Notes: generated from the letters alone by a model not told the origin. Shown: positions 1 through 8,029, counted from the stretch's first letter. The stretch is DNA of 32,000 nt from Candidatus Saccharimonadota bacterium (GCA_016432445.1 CP066689.1:660001-692000); one strand, 5' to 3'. Translations and numbers: made by a program.

Positions 1-2
1 TT

Positions 3-1298
3 GAATTATTAAATCTCCTCGACAATCTTAAACCTTTTTCTTACAAACTAGTAGAAAAAATATTTATTGAAGAATTAGGCGCAACTCCCAATAAAATCTT
101 CAAGACATTTGAGAGTGAACCTTTTGCATCTGCTTCTTTTGGACAAGTGCATGGAGCTAAACTTAAAGATGGCACTGTTGTAGTTGTCAAAGTGTTAAGA
201 CCTGGAGTTGAATCAAAAGCGAAAATTGATTTTTTGGTTGTTGATTTTCTTGCTTTTATCGCAGATCTCTTTTTCAAGATAGAAGCTTTACCTTGGAAAG
301 AGTTTGCTAAAGAGTTTAAACAATGGACAAAGCAAGAGTTTGATTATCGGATTGAAGCTTCAAATGGTGAAAGACTTTACAATAATAATGTTAAAAATTC
401 AAGCATTGTTATACCCAAGATCTATCATCATCTGACGACAAAAAAAATATTAGTTGAAGAATATATGGAAGGACTTCATTTAAGCCGAGTTCTTAAAAGG
501 TTAAGAGATGGAAGGCTAGACGAAAAAAAACTAAAAAAATTAGGAATTGATTTAAAAAAAGTCCCAAGGATTCTTGTTTCTGAACTTCTTAAACAGTTTT
601 TTATCGACGGTTTTTTTCATGCTGACCCTCACCCTGGAAATATAATTCTTCTTCAAAACGGTAAAATCGGACTTATTGATTTTGGTATCGTAGGCGGTAA
701 AGATCCAATGCCCAATATTGATCATTTTATGAAATGGGCTAAAGCCACAGGAGATATGAACTTTGAGGATGCTGCTTTTCATGCTGCAAATTATGCTGGA
801 GAAGACATAAAAGTAATGATAAGAAGCGCTCTGCCTGCAACTGTTGATCAAAAAGATATTGATGAGTTTACGCATTTACTGGCAGATAATTATGTACAAA
901 CAGCTAAACATATAATCACTGACAATCTGGAAAATTTAAAGACTTTAAAAAGAGATTACATGACAGTATTTTTACAAGTTATTAAAGCAGGTAATAAATA
1001 TAATGGCAAAGTGCCAAAAGAATTTGTAATTCTAAGCAGAGGTCTCGCTGTTCTTGGTCTTATGGCAAAACTCATGGATAGCGATTTTCGCATTACAGAA
1101 GAACTGAAAAGCTTTTTTCAAACTTACCCGGAAGTAGAACTATTAAAAAATTATGTACCGCCTGCAATTAAAAGAATAAATCGGGAGGTAGCAATAGAGC
1201 GATTAACAAACTGGTTATCATCTCTCTTTGAGGTCGATCCTCAGCTTTATCATCTTGTACAAAAATATTTAAGAAAGTACAATATAGTTGAAACTTAA
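3..1298 (+). CDS. ABC1/UbiB-family atypical protein kinase, 5' end outside the window
   Basis: The frame is open from nt 3. Nt 3-146 translate to ELLNLLDNLKPF...FASASFGQVHGAK, an ABC1 N-lobe motif, so the GTG at 147 in the ORF track is internal. FFHADPHPGNIIL and LIDFG kinase-like motifs follow. Confidence 0.85.
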   Translation, partial: ELLNLLDNLKPFSYKLVEKIFIEELGATPNKIFKTFESEPFASASFGQVHGAKLKDGTVVVVKVLRPGVESKAKIDFLVVDFLAFIADLFFKIEALPWKEFAKEFKQWTKQEFDYRIEASNGERLYNNNVKNSSIVIPKIYHHLTTKKILVEEYMEGLHLSRVLKRLRDGRLDEKKLKKLGIDLKKVPRILVSELLKQFFIDGFFHADPHPGNIILLQNGKIGLIDFGIVGGKDPMPNIDHFMKWAKATGDMNFEDAAFHAANYAGEDIKVMIRSALPATVDQKDIDEFTHLLADNYVQTAKHIITDNLENLKTLKRDYMTVFLQVIKAGNKYNGKVPKEFVILSRGLAVLGLMAKLMDSDFRITEELKSFFQTYPEVELLKNYVPPAIKRINREVAIERLTNWLSSLFEVDPQLYHLVQKYLRKYNIVET

Positions 1299-1301
1299 AC
1301 T

Positions 1302-1490
1302 ATGTTAGATAAATTTTTGAATTTTTATACAAAGTATCCGTGGGTTGCAATTATTATACTAGCTCAGTGGTTTGCGACAACCTATATCATCATCAACACA
1401 AATGCTAGTGACAAAACCACCATAATGGGAATAACATTTTTATCAACGGTGCTCTATGCCTATTTTGGCTTCAAAGCTCCCAAAGGATAA
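1302..1490 (+). CDS. small hypothetical membrane protein (two hydrophobic segments)
   Basis: 62-aa ORF starting 3 nt after the kinase stop, with two hydrophobic stretches (WVAIIILAQWFATTYIII, IMGITFLSTVLYAYFGF). No recognisable family. Confidence 0.45.
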   Translation: MLDKFLNFYTKYPWVAIIILAQWFATTYIIINTNASDKTTIMGITFLSTVLYAYFGFKAPKG

Positions 1491-1506
1491 ATTGCTGTTA
1501 ATTAAG

Positions 1507-1535
1507 TTGAAAAAAACTATGTTTAATGTTATAAT
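1507..1535 (+). promoter_or_regulatory. sigma70-type promoter TTGAAA-17 nt-TATAAT
   Basis: TTGAAA at 1507-1512, a 17-nt spacer, then TATAAT at 1530-1535. It lies directly upstream of the Thr-rich leader ORF. Confidence 0.6.
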
Positions 1536-1545
1536 GTATCTGGAA

Positions 1546-1593
1546 ATGAGAAAAATATCAAGTTACGAAACCACTACAACTACTTTCTCCTAA
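1546..1593 (+). CDS. putative thrS leader peptide MRKISSYETTTTTFS (five consecutive Thr codons)
   Basis: ATG at 1546. Codons 1570-1584 are ACC ACT ACA ACT ACT. The TAA stop at 1591-1593 lies in the loop of the first hairpin. The ORF is absent from the ORF track because it is under 60 aa. Confidence 0.6.
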   Translation: MRKISSYETTTTTFS

Positions 1594-1646
1594 AAGGAGG
1601 GTTAGTGATGTGGTATACATTAATCCTCCGAATAGGAGGTTTTTTT
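1586..1646 (+). promoter_or_regulatory. transcription attenuator with mutually exclusive hairpins (1:2, 2:3, 3:4)
   Basis: UCUCC 1586-1590 pairs with GGAGG 1596-1600. GGAGGGUUA 1596-1604 pairs with UAAUCCUCC 1621-1629. CCUCC 1625-1629 pairs with GGAGG 1635-1639. Confidence 0.55.
1625..1646 (+). terminator. intrinsic terminator of the thrS leader
   Basis: CCTCC-gaata-GGAGG hairpin followed by seven T (1640-1646), 40 nt upstream of the thrS ATG. Confidence 0.6.
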
Positions 1647-1685
1647 ATACCTTAAAATTAATTAATAGTTATATATAATAAAAAA

Positions 1686-3473
1686 ATGGAACAAAAGGAA
1701 GAATTAAAAAAAATGAGACATTCTTGCGAGCACGTCTTGCATCAAGCCATGGTGGAACTTTTCCCTGGCTTAAAAAGAGCCATGGGGCCAGCGACAGATG
1801 AGGGATTTTATCTTGATTTCGATTATGACGGAAGAATTTCCGAAGAAGATTTTCCTAAAATTGAAAAAAGGATGCAAGAACTTATAAAAGCCAATTTACC
1901 TATTGTCCGCCAAGAGATCTCTATTGAAAAAGCCAGAGAAATGTTTAAAAATAATCCGTATAAACTGGACTGGGTTGACCAAATTGAAAAAAAAGGTGAA
2001 AAAGCTATTGTTTATTGGAATGGAGAACCCGAAAAAGAAGGCTCAGATGTAGATCTTTGTAAAGGTCCTCATGTAGAATCTACTGCAAAGGTGGGTCATT
2101 TTAAACTTCTTTCTATTGCCGGCGCCTACTGGCACGGCAATGAAAAAAATAAAATGTTAACAAGAATTTACGGTACTTGTTTTCAAACTAAAGAAGAACT
2201 AGATAAATATCTATGGCAGATTGAGGAAGCAAAAAAAAGAGACCACCGAAAACTCGGTCAAGATCTGGAACTTTTTACCACATCTAATGAAGTTGGCTCG
2301 GGACTGATTTTATGGCTGCCCAAAGGAACTGTTGTTAAAGAAGAACTTGAAAAATTAGGAAAAAAGACAGAAAGCAGAGAAAATTATTTAAGAGTATCAA
2401 CTCCCCATATAGCCAAAGATTCGCTTTATTATCTTTCCGGCCATTTGCCTTATTATGCTGCAGATATGTATCCGCCAATGAAAGCCGAAGACGGAACTTA
2501 TTACCTTAAACCGATGAATTGCCCTCATATGCACATGATTTATTCATCTAAGAAACATTCGTATAAAGAACTCCCAATAAGATACGCTGAATTTGGCACA
2601 GTCTATAGATACGAAGACAGCGGTACTCTACAAGGACTTTTAAGAGTAAGAGGCATGACCCAAAATGACGCTCATATTTACTGCACTGAAGAACAAGCCC
2701 TTAGTGAATTAACCAAAGTTATGAAACTCCACGATTATTACTATAAAATATTTGGTCTAAAAGATTATTACATTGAATTGGCTCTGCCGGACTTTGAAAA
2801 AAAGAAAGATAAATACTTTGATAATCCTCAAGCGTGGGAAAAATCAATAAACATATTAAGAGAAGCAGCCAAGCAATTAAACGTGGAAGTGGTTGAAAAT
2901 GTAGGAGGAGCCGCTTTTTACGGGCCAAAATTCGATTTTAATGTTAGAAGCGTTACAGGAAAAGAGTTTGGCGCTTCCACCAATCAACTTGATTTTGGAT
3001 CAGGAGAAAGATTCAATCTCAATTATACAGATAATGACGGATCTGAAAAAATTGTTCCTTATATTATTCATAGAGCACCACTTGGATCAGATGAAAGATT
3101 TATAGGCTTTTTAATTGAACATTTTGCCGGAGCTTTTCCTTTGTGGTTAGCCCCAACTCAAATTAAAATCTTACCTATATCTGAAAAGCATTTGGAGTTT
3201 GCTAAAAAAGTAAATTCTATCTTAGTTGAACAAGATATAAGAAGCGAGGTTGATGAGAAAAATACGACGGTCGGACATAAGATTAGAGAATCTACATTGC
3301 AAAAAATCCCTTATATGGTTATAATAGGAGATAAAGAAATTTCTTCATCGGAAAATTCTGGCAGAAAAAAGTTAATTATCTCAGTCAGAAGTAGAGAAGG
3401 TGAAGATCTAGGTCAAATAAATATTTATGAGTTTGTTGACAAATTAAAGGCAAAAATTGAGAACTACGAATAA
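1686..3473 (+). CDS. thrS: threonyl-tRNA synthetase (no N-terminal TGS domain)
   Basis: HSCEHVLH (HxxxH editing-domain motif) lies at residues 12-19. Class II core segments are present (YRYEDSGTLQGLLRVRGMTQNDAHIY) with a C-terminal anticodon-binding domain. The gene sits in conserved thrS-infC-rpmI-rplT-pheST synteny. Confidence 0.95.
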   Translation: MEQKEELKKMRHSCEHVLHQAMVELFPGLKRAMGPATDEGFYLDFDYDGRISEEDFPKIEKRMQELIKANLPIVRQEISIEKAREMFKNNPYKLDWVDQIEKKGEKAIVYWNGEPEKEGSDVDLCKGPHVESTAKVGHFKLLSIAGAYWHGNEKNKMLTRIYGTCFQTKEELDKYLWQIEEAKKRDHRKLGQDLELFTTSNEVGSGLILWLPKGTVVKEELEKLGKKTESRENYLRVSTPHIAKDSLYYLSGHLPYYAADMYPPMKAEDGTYYLKPMNCPHMHMIYSSKKHSYKELPIRYAEFGTVYRYEDSGTLQGLLRVRGMTQNDAHIYCTEEQALSELTKVMKLHDYYYKIFGLKDYYIELALPDFEKKKDKYFDNPQAWEKSINILREAAKQLNVEVVENVGGAAFYGPKFDFNVRSVTGKEFGASTNQLDFGSGERFNLNYTDNDGSEKIVPYIIHRAPLGSDERFIGFLIEHFAGAFPLWLAPTQIKILPISEKHLEFAKKVNSILVEQDIRSEVDEKNTTVGHKIRESTLQKIPYMVIIGDKEISSSENSGRKKLIISVRSREGEDLGQINIYEFVDKLKAKIENYE

Positions 3474-3990
3474 ACGGACATCTCAAAGAAAATTTTATTA
3501 TCTTAATCAGAATATTCCAGCTAATTCTCTGAGAGTTGTTGATTACGAAAGCAAGCAGGTTGGAATATTGGATAAAGCGGAAGCGCTAAGACAAGCTCAG
3601 GAAGCAGAATTGGATCTAGTATTAATTGCGCCAAACGCAAAGCCGCCTGTCGCAAAAATTATTGACTTTAGAAAATTTCTTTATCAGGAAAAGAAAAAGG
3701 AACAGGAAGCTAAAAAAGGAATTAAGAAAAGCTCAGTTAAAGATATCAGTTTATCTTTATTTATCGCTGACTCAGATTTACAGCGGTTTGTAGAAAAAGG
3801 TAAAGAATTTCTCGATGAAGGCAATCAGTTAAGATTAAATCTGGCTTTAAAAGGAAGAGAAATGGGAAAAGTACCTATGGGCTATGAACGAATTAAAAAA
3901 TTTATAGCCGAACTTGGAGAAGTAACCATAGCCAAAGAACCAAGACTTGAAGGCAGAGTCATCCGGGCAGTAATATTTAGAAAAAAATAA
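3457..3990 (+). CDS. infC: translation initiation factor IF-3
   Basis: LDLVLIAPNAKPPVAKIIDFRKFLYQEKKK and the C-domain pattern LKGREMG are present. The longest in-frame start is TTG at 3457, overlapping thrS by 17 nt. There is no in-frame ATG near the expected N-terminus. Confidence 0.9.
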   Translation: MRTTNKRTSQRKFYYLNQNIPANSLRVVDYESKQVGILDKAEALRQAQEAELDLVLIAPNAKPPVAKIIDFRKFLYQEKKKEQEAKKGIKKSSVKDISLSLFIADSDLQRFVEKGKEFLDEGNQLRLNLALKGREMGKVPMGYERIKKFIAELGEVTIAKEPRLEGRVIRAVIFRKK

Positions 3991-3991
3991 T

Positions 3992-4186
3992 ATGGGAAAA
4001 CAGAGAACTAGAAAGGCAGCTCTTAAAAGATTTAAGATAACCAAAAACGGTAAAGTATTGCACCGTTCACATTATATTAGACATCTTAGATCAAAAAAAG
4101 GTAAATCTCAGTTAAGAAGGCTCAAAAAAATGAAAACAGTCGAAGGAGTCTTTAAGAAAAAAATAAAGAAGATGGTAGGAAAGTAA
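3992..4186 (+). CDS. rpmI: ribosomal protein L35
   Basis: 64-aa basic protein, MGKQRTRKAALKRFKITKNGKVLHRSH.., starting 1 nt after the infC stop. Confidence 0.93.
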   Translation: MGKQRTRKAALKRFKITKNGKVLHRSHYIRHLRSKKGKSQLRRLKKMKTVEGVFKKKIKKMVGK

Positions 4187-4206
4187 TTATTAAGTTCAGG
4201 ATGAAT

Positions 4207-4260
4207 GGTTAAGGGCTAAGAGTTAAAACCCTAAAACCCTCAACCCTTAAACTCTAAAAC
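4207..4260. repeat. intergenic inverted heptad-word element (GGTTAAG GGCTAAG AGTTAAA / ACCCTAA AACCCTC AACCCTT AAACTCT)
   Basis: Three tandem 7-mers are followed by four roughly complementary 7-mers. TTAAGGG (4209-4215) pairs with CCCTTAA (4244-4250), and AGAGTT (4219-4224) pairs with AACTCT (4250-4255). It is related to the element at 12777-12819. Confidence 0.6.
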
Positions 4261-4265
4261 TAAAT

Positions 4266-4610
4266 ATGGTTAGAATAAAAGGCGGAACAACAACTAGAGC
4301 AAAACATAAAAAAACTCTAAAATTAGCCAAAGGCTATTGGATGACTCGAAGCAAGCATATTAAAAAAGCTAAAGAGGCGGTACTTCATGCGGGGGAGTAC
4401 GCTTTTGCAGGAAGAAAAAGAAAGAGGCGAGATTTTAGAGAACTATGGATTATAAGATTAAACGCCGCAGTCCGTCAGTCTGGATTAACCTACAGTCAGT
4501 TTGTAAACAAACTTAAAACTAAAAATATTGCTCTCGACAGAAAAGTTTTAGCTCAAATTGCGGTTGAGTATCCTAAAGCTTTTGAAAAGATAGTGGAAAA
4601 AGTGAAATGA
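4266..4610 (+). CDS. rplT: ribosomal protein L20
   Basis: [16 protein letters not shown]...[17 protein letters not shown] is a typical L20 sequence. Confidence 0.95.
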   Translation: MVRIKGGTTTRAKHKKTLKLAKGYWMTRSKHIKKAKEAVLHAGEYAFAGRKRKRRDFRELWIIRLNAAVRQSGLTYSQFVNKLKTKNIALDRKVLAQIAVEYPKAFEKIVEKVK

Positions 4611-4629
4611 ACTTCGTATAATCTAAGTC

Positions 4630-5625
4630 ATGGACGATCCGGGAAAACTTTTAGACAATCTCCGTGACAAACTTAATAATGTTAAATCTTCTACCGATAT
4701 TGAAAACCTTCGCATTGAGTTCTTGGGCAGAAATGGATTAGTTAATCAGCTCTTGCAAAAAATTAAAGACGTCGCTCCAGATCAAAAGAAAGAATACGGA
4801 CAAAAAGTCAACACACTAAAATCTCAAATAGAAGAATTACTTCAAGACGAAGAAAAAGAGTTTAAACAAACAACTACATTAAATATTGATATCACTTTAC
4901 CTGGAATCAAACCCAAAGTGGGCAACCTTCATCCAACAACAATAGTCATAAGAAAAATCAATCAGTTCTTCCGTTATTTAGGCTACAGCGTTTACGAAGG
5001 CCCAGAGATTGAAACCAATGAATTTAACTTTGAAAAATTAAATCTCCCAAAAGACCATCCAGCTCGAGAACTTGCCGACACTCTTTATATACAAGAACCC
5101 GAATATCTTTTAAGAACTCATACCTCTTCTGTTGAAACAAGAGCTATGACCCAGGAAAAACTTCCATTAAGGATTGTTGTTCCTGGTAAGGTTTACCGAA
5201 ACGAAACCTCAAATCCTACCAATAATTCCATGTTTTATCAGTATGAAGGACTTATTGTTGATAAAAATATAAGTATGGCTGATTTAAAAGGTACTCTTAT
5301 TGCTTTCGTAAAGTTTCTTTATGGACAAGAAACAAAAACCAGATTCAGATGTAAATATTATCCTCAGGTTGAACCTGGTGCAGGACTTGATGTAGAATGC
5401 AAGTTTTGTCAGGGAAAAGGATGCTCAGTATGTAAATATCGCGGCTTTATTGAGGTCTTAGGTTCAGGTATGGTTCATCCTAACGTTTTAAAAAATTGCG
5501 GTATTGATCCAAAAGTTTGGTCAGGATTTGCTTTTGGTATGGGTCTAGACCGTTTAGTAATGCTTCAATATGGAATTAATGATATTAGAAAACTTTATAG
5601 CGGGGAACTAGTTTATAAAATATGA
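4630..5625 (+). CDS. pheS: phenylalanyl-tRNA synthetase alpha subunit
   Basis: DHPARELADTLY, the CKFCQGKGCSVCKYRGFIEVLGSGMVHPNVL zinc-knuckle segment and GFAFGMGLDRLVML are present. Confidence 0.95.
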   Translation: MDDPGKLLDNLRDKLNNVKSSTDIENLRIEFLGRNGLVNQLLQKIKDVAPDQKKEYGQKVNTLKSQIEELLQDEEKEFKQTTTLNIDITLPGIKPKVGNLHPTTIVIRKINQFFRYLGYSVYEGPEIETNEFNFEKLNLPKDHPARELADTLYIQEPEYLLRTHTSSVETRAMTQEKLPLRIVVPGKVYRNETSNPTNNSMFYQYEGLIVDKNISMADLKGTLIAFVKFLYGQETKTRFRCKYYPQVEPGAGLDVECKFCQGKGCSVCKYRGFIEVLGSGMVHPNVLKNCGIDPKVWSGFAFGMGLDRLVMLQYGINDIRKLYSGELVYKI

Positions 5626-7505
5626 AATTACCAATAAACTGGCTTAAAGAGTACGTCAAAGTCGATAATCCTCAAGAATTGATTGAGAAAATGACCTCAA
5701 TCGGTCATATGCAGGATGGCTCTCCAAAAAATGTAAATGGAGATATTGTTTATGATCTGGAGATACGTCAAAATAGACCGGATTGTTTATCTATCATTGG
5801 CTTGGCAAGAGAAGCTGCCGCAATTTTAAATAAAAAATTAAAAAATCCTCTAAATGAGTTTTCTGAAATAAATATTCATGACAAAAAAATAGATGTAACT
5901 ATTGACGATCCGTCACTTTGTTATCGTTTTAAAACATTCGTTATTGAAGGAATAAAAATTCAACCTTCGCCAGATTGGTTAGTAAATAAATTAATCGCTT
6001 ACGGAATTAAGCCTATTAATAATATAATTGATATAACAAATTATGTAATGGTTGAAGTTGGAGAACCTCTTCATGCTTTTGATATCAGAGACATTACAGA
6101 AAACAAAATAATTATTCGCAGAGCCAAAAAAGGGGAGTCAATTATAGTTATCGGTGGAAAGAAAGTAGCTCTTACGGAAGATGACCTACTGGTAACTGAT
6201 CCTCAAAAACCGCTTGGACTTGCCGGCATAATTGGGGGCGATAAAACCGGAGTAAAAAATGACACAACAACTATTGTTTTGGAAGGCGCAACCTACAATC
6301 AAGCCACAATCAGAAGATCATCAATAAGACATTCTTTACGTACTGAAGCTTCAACTAGGCATGAAAAATTCCTTCACCCTCATTTGGCAGAAATGGGATT
6401 AAGAAGAGCTGTTCAGTTAATTGAAAAGCTAGCTGGTGGAAAAGTTACAGGTCAAACTGATTGTTATCCCACTCCTGAAAAAGATATCTCAATAGCGGTA
6501 AGTTTGGAAAACATTAATAAAACTGGAGGAATTAATATTGATGTTAAAAAGTCTGTTAATATTTTAAAGTCTTTAGAAATAGATACGGAAGATGAATCAA
6601 ACGGTACAATCTCAACCAAAGTTCCTTATTTTAGAACTGATCTTATTCAGGAAGCAGACATAGTTGAAGAAGTTCTTAGACTTTTTGGTTATGATAATAT
6701 TCCTGAGCGCCTTCCTTCACTGCCTCCGCCAAAATACATTCAATCAAAAACTTATGATTTAGAGGAAGAAATAAGAGATATTCTGGTCGCATGCGGTTTT
6801 GATGAAGAAATAACTGAACCGTTAACTAATGAGGAAAATCCTGCATTAAATCCGGTTAAACTGGAAAACTCATTAAGCAGTGAAAAAATAATGCTCCGTA
6901 CTACTTTAAAAGAAAGTTTGCTTAAAGCATTTGGTGAACAGCAAAAACACAGAAAAAATGTTATTGAAGTTTTTGAAGTCGGAAAAATTTATTTTATGGA
7001 GAGTGAAGAATATAAAGAACAAAGAATTGTTGGAGGAATAAGTTCTTATAAAGATAATTCATATACCCACTTAAAAGGTGTTATTGAGCTTTTGTTTGCA
7101 AAATTAGGTTATGAATATAATGAGAATGTTATAACAATTGAACCAATTAATAATAATAGTTTTTTCTTCCAGATAAATATTGATCAGTTATTATCAGGGA
7201 AAAAAGTCACAACTCAAAAAGTTTTAACTTCACCACCTCAACTAAACCTTCAGGATATATCAATTGTTGTCGAAAAAGCAGTGCCGGTTGGAAATATTGT
7301 TGGTGAATTAAAAGATATATCTCCTTTAGTTTATTCTGTTTCCTTGGGTGAAGAACCTCAAATGATCAATGAAAATGAAAAAAGTGTTTTCCTACATATT
7401 GCTTTCAGCTCTCCTGATAAAACTTTAACAAATGAAGACGTTGAACCTATAAGAGAAAGCATTATTCAACTTCTTAAAGATAAACATCACGCTAGATTAA
7501 GATAA
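5622..7505 (+). CDS. pheT: phenylalanyl-tRNA synthetase beta subunit (short form lacking the OB-fold tRNA-binding domain)
   Basis: The start overlaps the pheS stop (ATGA). MKLPINWLKEY (B1) is followed almost directly by LEIRQNRPDCLSIIGLAREAAA. B3/B4, B5 and C-terminal anticodon-binding-like regions are present. Length is 627 aa. Confidence 0.9.
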   Translation: MKLPINWLKEYVKVDNPQELIEKMTSIGHMQDGSPKNVNGDIVYDLEIRQNRPDCLSIIGLAREAAAILNKKLKNPLNEFSEINIHDKKIDVTIDDPSLCYRFKTFVIEGIKIQPSPDWLVNKLIAYGIKPINNIIDITNYVMVEVGEPLHAFDIRDITENKIIIRRAKKGESIIVIGGKKVALTEDDLLVTDPQKPLGLAGIIGGDKTGVKNDTTTIVLEGATYNQATIRRSSIRHSLRTEASTRHEKFLHPHLAEMGLRRAVQLIEKLAGGKVTGQTDCYPTPEKDISIAVSLENINKTGGINIDVKKSVNILKSLEIDTEDESNGTISTKVPYFRTDLIQEADIVEEVLRLFGYDNIPERLPSLPPPKYIQSKTYDLEEEIRDILVACGFDEEITEPLTNEENPALNPVKLENSLSSEKIMLRTTLKESLLKAFGEQQKHRKNVIEVFEVGKIYFMESEEYKEQRIVGGISSYKDNSYTHLKGVIELLFAKLGYEYNENVITIEPINNNSFFFQINIDQLLSGKKVTTQKVLTSPPQLNLQDISIVVEKAVPVGNIVGELKDISPLVYSVSLGEEPQMINENEKSVFLHIAFSSPDKTLTNEDVEPIRESIIQLLKDKHHARLR

Positions 7506-7577
7506 ACTCATATAAATACTTAATTTTGTTGTTTATAATCCATTGTTTATCTAATCTTCACTTACTAAAATAGTTTT

Positions 7578-7895
7578 ATGTTAACTAAGGACGATTTATT
7601 GCAAATTAAAGAACTCATAGTTGAAGTCGTTCAAACTGAGACCAGAAGAATTGTAAAGGAAGAACTTGAACCTTTTAGAAAAAGTGAAGATGTTCAATTT
7701 ACAAAAATTAATGAGCGTTTTGATAAAATTGATAGGCATTTTAAAAGAATTGATTCTAAATTCTACAAAGTAGATGCTACTTTTAGGAAAGTTGGCAGAA
7801 GTATAAATATTGTAATTAAGGGATTTGATACAACATACCTAGATCTAGAAAAGAGAGTGAGTTCTATAGAAAATCATAGAAATCTTATTCCATAA
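7578..7895 (+). CDS. hypothetical coiled-coil protein with 7-residue repeats
   Basis: 105-aa ORF preceded by TTGTTT-17-TAAAAT-6 nt-ATG. It contains an internal repeat ERFDKID RHFKRID SKFYKVD ATFRKVG. Confidence 0.6.
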   Translation: MLTKDDLLQIKELIVEVVQTETRRIVKEELEPFRKSEDVQFTKINERFDKIDRHFKRIDSKFYKVDATFRKVGRSINIVIKGFDTTYLDLEKRVSSIENHRNLIP

Positions 7896-7905
7896 TTTTG
7901 TCCAC

Positions 7906-7991
7906 AAAAAAAGCCCTAAGTGATTATCGTTGAAAATTGCGTGTTACGCAAGTGGGGAGCAACGTTGCTCCCCTGTGAAAACCACTAGGGC
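7906..7991 (-). terminator. compound (three-way-junction) intrinsic terminator of the minus-strand island operon
   Basis: On the minus strand GCCCUAGUG (7983-7991) pairs with CACUUAGGGC (7913-7922), followed by U7 (7906-7912). Enclosed are a perfect 8-bp hairpin GGGGAGCA-ACGT-TGCTCCCC (7954-7973) and TGCGT-gtt-ACGCA (7938-7950). Confidence 0.55.
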
Positions 7992-8029
7992 TGGATTACG
8001 CACGTCATTGTGCGCTTCGCGGAAAGCCT

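Noticed and set aside
1540-1650. A T-box riboswitch upstream of thrS (GTGGTA near 1609-1614 resembles part of the T-box sequence, and Thr codons are present).
   Set aside because: The leader is only about 100 nt. It has no recognisable Stem I, GA/K-turn, specifier loop or full T-box consensus. The in-frame run of five Thr codons in a mini-ORF with a start and a stop explains the Thr codons better. A covariance-model scan would settle it.
4228-4250. Telomere-like CCCTAA/CCCTNAA repeats.
   Set aside because: Only three or four degenerate units, paired with complementary units nearby. This is better explained as one arm of an intergenic hairpin or repeat element in a bacterial operon.
7913-7991. 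A tRNA-like gene (about 80 nt with a closing helix resembling an acceptor stem).
   Set aside because: No D-arm or T-arm consensus (no GTTCRA-type loop), wrong internal helix lengths, and the closing helix is followed by a U-tract on the minus strand, as for a terminator.
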